From assembly GCF_001194135.2 (NCBI RefSeq), contig NC_068981.1, forward strand, positions 153,684,595 to 153,726,813: a stretch of DNA of 42,219 nt, given 5' to 3'. The notes beneath the pieces are model-generated. The model was not told the origin of the DNA, did no database searches, and saw only the letters and a program-made list of their open reading frames with translations. Position 1 is the stretch's first letter, and each line of letters begins with the position of its first letter. The stretch comes from Octopus bimaculoides. Its lineage: Eukaryota. A program made the translations under genes and the position numbers. This document shows, piece by piece, positions 35,496-42,219 of the stretch.

Positions 35496-37764
35496 CTACA
35501 AAAGAAGTTCATTACAGTCAGTCAAATGAGGTAGAAAGTAGATGGTATTTAGAAAACAGCTGTAAAATTGTTTCAATTTTAAAGACCTTTTAATTACAAA
35601 TTGGTCATTTATATAACAATAAAAATTGAATATCATGTGAATGTAATGAATTACATATAATAAAGCTGGTTGATCACAAGAAGAGAAAATAAAATAAACA
35701 GCCTCCCTAAAACTTTGATAACTTTAAAAAATATTGTGTAATCTTTCAGTGAAATGAGTAGTGTCACAATGAAACGGATGCTAATAACTACTAACATTAT
35801 GAACAGCAAATACTGGTGTTCGTTCTTTATTCATAAGAAAAATCAATACCTCCCCACACCTCTACAAACCATTGATTTATAGAACAATGTTAGTAGCAAA
35901 TTGTAAAATGGAGCATAAAACAAGATGTCTGCAATTTCAAGGGATATATATTTAAACAGCTCTTTAAAAGTTACAGCAGCAGTTTTTGGAGTGGAAGGAG
36001 TAAGAAAATTTTACGTGAAACTTAAAGCTATGCCAAACACAAAAGTAAAAAGGAACATTTATCTATAATTTAATAACTAAATCAGAACAATTTGTAACAC
36101 AGCTGCTGTGAAATCAACAAAAATAGACACAAAACCAGAGCAATTAAAAGAGAAACCAGTCGTCTAATGGCTCAAATGCAAGCAATATCTATTTCCATTA
36201 CAAAGAAGACTTTTGTACTATCAGACAAAAAGAAATAGAACACAATATTTGAATGATTTTCTTTTTTTTTTTTTAATGATTTCCCTATTGAACCAAGATG
36301 AATATATGCTGTATGAGTGGATGCTGACCTCACATTAAAGACTTAAGATATTTCTTCAGAATACCAAATGCACTTGTTTGCACTAAGTGAACAGATGAAT
36401 AGATTCAAAAATCTACCTGCATTCATTAATCTTAAATACAAAAATCTCTGTTAGAAACCCTTCCAAGAACTAACTACTATAAACATCAATCAAGTCAGTC
36501 AACCACTGATCTCACCTCAAACAGAGTGATCACAATATATATGTGTCTATCTGCTGCTATCCAACCACACATCAATTCATAGGGGAGTGGGGTGGGCATA
36601 TGTTCTCTCTTCTCCCTCTTCATCTCTCTAACTCTTGAATGTTGTAATCTCTAGTTAGTTCTTTAGTATCTTTGCTCCTGTCAATTAACCCACTTTCAAC
36701 CATAGTAAGGAACTATGAAACTTCATCAGAAGTGAAAAACCAAATAGAAAGACGGGCAGACAGTGGAGACATTTACTGATCAATTTCATGCATGGCGAGA
36801 TCTGATTTATGACTGAACATTTAGGGAATAATTATTATGAAAACTTGTCAAACGCATGCTAACTAGAAAAGGAAAAAGCTAGAAATCAATGAGGAAGGAT
36901 CAATGCTGTAAGAGTAGTTTTAAAAATCAACAAATTCAATAGTGAACCAAAGAACAGATTGAAACTGCCACTCTTGGGAATATAGCGTATTATCTAAGGG
37001 CTTAGACTTACTTATAGGCATATTTGTAAAGGTATAAACCAACCTTTGTTACAGGAACAAGTATCTAAAAGCATTACCTGAGTTATAAAATGAAAATTTT
37101 TATACGCTCTTACTGGTATTATTTTAAAAGCATTTTCATATGATAATACATATAGTTTATACCAGCTTTGATGATCAAGGTAAACATCAACACCATATGC
37201 CAGACATACCAAATTATTTTCACAGTAGAGCTATGAATTAAGGAAAAATTTCTCTAAAATGCTCTCCGATATAAATCTGTTATGTAAATTTGACTTTTTC
37301 TTTTAATGGGTTAACTGTAAGAACTTTACTGCGATGGTTTATGTTGCAATTAATAGTTTAGTAAGTCCAAATAGGACAGAAGACAATAATAATACAACAG
37401 ACTGTCAGAATAAGAATAAAATTTGATGCAAGCTAAATAAGAACAATTAGATATATAGATATAGCATAATGTCAAACATCTGAAAAGTCAACATTAATAC
37501 ATGCCAAAGTAACAGTCATATTATATCATATACACACACACACACATATATTATATATATATGTATATATATATATATATATGATAAGAAACTTTATGCA
37601 TAAATTTCTATAGAAAATGTAGTTGCAGGTTACCAAATGAAAGATATATGACTAGCTGATCCTTTAGCTTTTAACAGTGGAAGTCAAATATGGCTATCAC
37701 ACCATAGAAAGACAACTGGAAGTTTACAAAATTAAAATATTACCAGAATATTATTTTAATAATA

Positions 37765-37980
37765 ATGGTTTCAAATTTTGGTACAAGGCCCTGTGATTTT
37801 ATGGGAAAGTGGTAGTTGATTACATCGACCCCAGTGCTCAATTGGTACTTATTTTATCAATCCCGAAAGGATGTAAAGCAAAACTTAACCTCAGCAGGAT
37901 TTGAACTCAGAACATGAGCCTAAAGAAGAGCCACAAAATATTTTGTCCAAACACTAATGAATCTGCCAATGCATCACCCT
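37765..37980 (-). mobile_element. SINE family A
   Basis: Reverse complement of head, body and tail. Confidence 0.8.
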
Positions 37981-39158
37981 TATTTTAATAACAATCTTAA
38001 TACAAACTACAATTATATTGTCCAATTAATAGCCAAAATTTTTATTTAATCTTTAATTTCTTCTACACAATTTAAAAAGTGGTTACTAATATGAAACTGT
38101 TTTTCCAAAAATTTGGCACTAAGCAAGATAAAAATTCCTAATGAGTTTACCAAATGTCATACATACTATAAATGATATAAAGTGAACAAACAACACAAAC
38201 ACAAGTCAGGGAAGAGGGATTTCAAACTAAGGGGTTAAAAATACTCAAAAGAAGAGAGAAGTCATGTATGCAACAAGAATTACTAGCAAATAAAGGGCAG
38301 CAGTAACAACCAGTAAGTAAAACTAGATTCCTGAGCTAATGTTTCTGAAAACTTCACATGGCATCACAACATGGTTGGTTCTATAATTTAACAGACTAGT
38401 TTGATTCCAGCCAGAGTACAGACGTAATAATAGACATTAACTTCAAATGATTTAAAGTCTTAAACTGATATTTTTAGAAACTGGAACAAATAAAAGAAAA
38501 GTGTGGAGGAGGGAAGGAGGGAAGGAGGAATGAAGAATGAGGGGTGAGAGGGAATGAGAGGGAGAATGAAGACTAAAAAGTAATAAAAATAGTCTGGGGT
38601 AATATACAGGTGGGACATTGCATATAAAAAAACATGGAGTTAGTTGATGGTAGTCAGGTTAGACAATGGGATAAGATGTAGAAATCAAATATGAACATGC
38701 TACAGTTTAAATAGCAAAATTCTCCAAGAGATATAGATACTATCAATGAAATATTGATGGAACATAACAGATGGGAATATTATATTAGTTGATTTTCCTA
38801 CAACATGCAGAGTAATGGAAATGATAACAACTTACTTGGAGAAAATCCAAATACTAGATGAAATAAATGAAAGAAGTAACTGTGTATAGAAATGAATACT
38901 ATCGCACAAAATGAAGTGGCTAACACTTATATAAAAAGTTTAACAACACAGGGAACAGCTTTTCACTTATACTGGTGTGGGTGAGAATATGTCTTTGTAA
39001 TAATTTCTTCAAATATCTAAAGAAACCAGCATCTGTGAATACATACCTTCACAAAATCAAATTGTAAATTCACATACAAACATTTTATTTATTTATATAT
39101 ATATATATATTCCGTTATATATTTATTGGCTAAACTGGCAATATGACCATCCCCAAGT

Positions 39159-39191
<33 letters not shown>

Positions 39192-39195
<4 letters not shown>

Positions 39196-39412
39196 GAGAT
39201 TCAGTTGAATTAGATACTTAAGTTAAAGCACCAAGTCAGCTCGAAGTAAGGTGAATAAAATCAAAATAGGCAACAGGATATCAAGAAGTGATGCAGCACG
39301 GCCGTTTCAAGTGGCTCCATTTAATTGAACAATGCAATCAATACATCAACTTAAATGCAGTACCATCTTCAGCTGCAACACTACTTGATATCCTGTCACT
39401 TAGGTTATTTAT
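39192..39412 (-). mobile_element. (TA)n-embedded element with a degenerate hammerhead-ribozyme-like fold (possibly Penelope-like-derived)
   Basis: 23-bp stem (21 paired) enclosing CTGAAGA...GAAACGGCCGTG; flanked by a TA run and a gap. Confidence 0.5.
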
Positions 39413-39538
39413 NNNNNNNNNNNNNNNNNNNNNNNNNNNNNNNNNNNNNNNNNNNNNNNNNNNNNNNNNNNNNNNNNNNNNNNNNNNNNNNNNNNNNNNN
39501 NNNNNNNNNNNNNNNNNNNNNNNNNNNNNNNTATATAT

Positions 39539-40038
39539 ATTACATGGAAAAATGTAAGCATGAAAAGTAATATTCTTAAGATTTATAAACCTGGAAAAGT
39601 ACAGGACAAGTTATTACACCTGTAAAAGTATAGGACAAACTATTACTTCAAGTAAAGAATAACAAATTTTTTCCTTAAAATATTGCAGCAAAGAATGCCA
39701 GTTCTTCTAATTTATCACTCTTTACAGTTCTCATCTTTTAAATTTATTGCACAAAACTGTTCAGCTAATTTGTAAGTTTGTCTAATTAGTCACTCTTTTC
39801 TGTATTTAAGGTAGTAAATTAGCCAAATTCTACTTAAATAAGTATAGTGTTATTTGTAAACTATAATAAAATATTCTTTAATATTCAAATTTCAATTTTA
39901 GCTGCAATATTTTCTTATTCTTTACTTTACTAGAATAGCTTGTCCTATACTTTTGCAAGCGTAATAACTTGTCCTGTACTTTTCCAGGTTTATAATCTTA
40001 AGAATATTACTTTTCATGCTCACATTTTTCCATGTAAT
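39539..40038. mobile_element. ~500-bp MITE with ~105-115-bp terminal inverted repeats
   Basis: 39539-39655 is nearly the reverse complement of about 39928-40038; each TIR carries two AAAAGTA(C/T)AGGACAA sub-repeats. Confidence 0.88.
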
Positions 40039-40484
40039 CCATGATTTTTTCAGGCATTGCTATTACAAGATAATTAATAATGTGTCGATTAATAATTCAG
40101 GATTTTACCTTATAAAATACTGGGTAGGGGGATACATTGGCTGCTATTCTTAGTGTGTCAAACGATCAGGTAGAGGCTCTTTCATTGGTTTGATTACGTG
40201 ATGAGATTTTTTTACACATATATGTATAATATGCATATATATCATCAGCAGAAGTTAGAGAGTAAGTCAAAAGCTGACAGTTTCGTGTATTGGCACTTAT
40301 CTAACACGAATTTGTCCACTGTCACTCTGTAACTTGTGACGAAATAACTTCTAAAATACAAAATTTTTTTCAAAAATGTTAAGAGTAAACCCTGTTGTTT
40401 GTGACACATTGTACCAGTATTGAAAGTTTGAAAGTGTTTCGTTAAAAAAAATTAGTTAAATAATCTGTACATCGAATTGAATAG

Positions 40485-40605
40485 ATCCAAAATGGATAAA
40501 AAGCAAAGTCGACTTCGGCAGAATTTGAACTCAAAATGAAAACACAGGGGAAATATCGCTAAGCATTTCACCCAGCACGCTAACTTTTCTGCTAGCTTGC
40601 CACCT
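40485..40605 (-). mobile_element. SINE family A head
   Basis: AAAGCAAAGTCGACTTCGGCAGAATTTGAACTC...GCTAAGCATTTC. Confidence 0.75.
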
Positions 40606-41039
40606 TAGGCCATAAACATTCATTTTAGTAATATATTCTTTATTCTCATTGCTAAGCGTTACTTCCTTACTCTCTTCTTACTTACTAACACAATTTTTCG
40701 TGGCATTTCACCCCATAACTTTTCTTCTACTAATTTTTGTTCAATGCGACAAATGACTCCTCATGCATTTTTCTATCATTTAAACCTAAGAAAAGTATAC
40801 TTTTATTTTAAAATTGAAAAGTTTATGTTAATTGAAGGTGAATAGGTGCCTTACTGCCCCCCTTGAGGTCGCAGATATTTTGATGTAACTTTTATTCGAC
40901 TGAACCAAATCTCAAACTATTTATGCCAAAGTGTACTTATTTTTTGAGTCTGGTACCCATCCCACCAACCTCTTTTGCCAATTGCAAGTTACAAGGATGT
41001 AAACAAACTATTACTGGTTGTCAGGTAGTGGTGGGGACA

Positions 41040-41040
41040 A

Positions 41041-41073
<33 letters not shown>

Positions 41074-41573
41074 CACACACACACACACACACTTTGATTC
41101 TTTTGTGTGTTTCAGCCCAAAAGCTGTGGCTCTGCTGGGGTACCACCAATATTATCACCTTGTCAGTGGCCATTCTTTTGTGATTGGTTTTTGTTGAAAG
41201 AGAGAATTCAATATTGCTGCCGTCTTTCGAGTTTCTTGCCATGATGTAGATTCATCTGGGACCTTGGACAGCAGCAGGTCGAGTTATTTCTTGAAAACAT
41301 CTACCCCTACTCCATGTAGACCTCTCAAATGTTTTAGCAAGATATTAAATAGCTGTGGGCCTTTGAATTTCAAGCTACTGCAGTAAATGGTTCTCATTCT
41401 ATATGGAATTGGTGGGAATTTGGAACATTGCAGTGATATCTACTTCAGAGAATTGTATAACTCCCAATGCCAAAGTTTGGTACCAACCCCTCTGCATATC
41501 TTCCATTTTTGCTCCAGAGAGTAGAGTCATAACTCTTTCAGTCTCTCTCAGTAGTTGTTCTATTGATGCAATA
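41040..41573 (-). mobile_element. CR1-type LINE 3' end (same family as 70-1335) with a (TG)n tail
   Basis: Reverse complement is colinear with 850-1330 (e.g. CACAGCTATTTAATAT, CCAGATGAATCTAC, CCCCAGCA..GCCACAGC). Confidence 0.8.
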
Positions 41574-41579
41574 CACACA

Positions 41580-41690
41580 CCCACACAGTGCTATAGTTGA
41601 AAGACACCTGCTGAACATGCTGGACAATGGGACTGAACCCAAGATCACATGGTTGAGAAGCAAGCTTCCTACCCACACAGCCACGCTTTG
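41580..41690 (-). mobile_element. SINE family B head fragment
   Basis: Reverse complement reads GCGTGGCTGTGTGGGTAGGAAGCTTGC...GGGTTCAGTCCCA. Confidence 0.7.
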
Positions 41691-41865
41691 TAAATACACA
41701 AACTACTGAGCTTTTGTTTGTGTGTGTCTGTGTGTGAATGCTCATATAAGTATAATACATAGTCTGCATGTATTTATGTTTATGCACATGCATTTTCAAG
41801 TACATATTTGCATGTGTTTGTGTATGTATGTGCATGTGTGTGAGTAAAACTAAAACAAGAAATAG

Positions 41866-42219
41866 GAAAGATGTTCGTTCTTATATAAATATCAGGTACA
41901 CGACACTGCTTTTCCCCTTCCCAGGCTACAGGCCCACACCCCCAACACCCATACTGTTAGGATTGGCACTCTCAACGTCGGCACGCTGAAAGGTAGATCT
42001 GGTGAAATTGTTGAGATGCTTGAACGGAGATGCGTAGATATGTGCTGCATCCAGGAAGTAAGATGGAGAGGAGGTTCTGCAAGGTTCCTCACAGGCAAAG
42101 AACACAGGTACAAGATTTTCTGGGCAGGGAACACTGACGGGGTCGGGGGCGTAGGAATACTTCTAGCGGAGAAATGGGTGGATAAGGTAATCGAGGTCGT
42201 TAGAGTAAGTGACAGAGTA
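41866..42219 (+). mobile_element. RTE-clade LINE AP-endonuclease ORF, antisense in the RalGPS intron, running off the window
   Basis: Stop-free frame RIGTLNVGTLKGRSGEIVEMLERRCVDMCCIQEVRWRG...GVGILL...DRV, with the EEP-family motifs TLNV, xQE and GVGIL. Confidence 0.9.

Overview
AT-rich animal genomic DNA with five N-gaps. The repeat landscape (TA/CA arrays, tRNA-headed SINEs, RTE and CR1-type LINEs) resembles an octopus/coleoid assembly; this species call is inferred from recalled repeat families. The main gene is the 3' part of a minus-strand RalGPS-family Ral GEF. Nine GT-AG exons (35495 to 18129, 920 nt) splice in frame and encode the end of the CDC25 GEF domain, the linker and a complete C-terminal PH domain ending TPVNLMSFD*. 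Its upstream exons lie beyond the window or in a gap. A SINE-poor, CpG-depleted stretch below the stop (about 9.6-18.1 kb) may be a very long 3' UTR. The CpG-retaining left part holds an unrecognised minus-strand ORF (3598-4008) that looks like a secreted Cys-rich peptide with a CxxxC...CxC signature. Its best start codon is one base out of frame. Other highlights: a degenerate minimal hammerhead-ribozyme-like fold in a RalGPS intron, plus a half-motif in the putative 3' UTR; inverted RTE fragments flanking a symmetric exon; a SINE sharing its tail with the CR1-type LINE; a sister SINE with the same head but an RTE-type tail; a young RTE endonuclease ORF running off the right edge; and several MITEs. 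No prokaryotic systems, CRISPR arrays, rRNA or true tRNA genes were seen. Homologue comparisons are from memory, not from searches.
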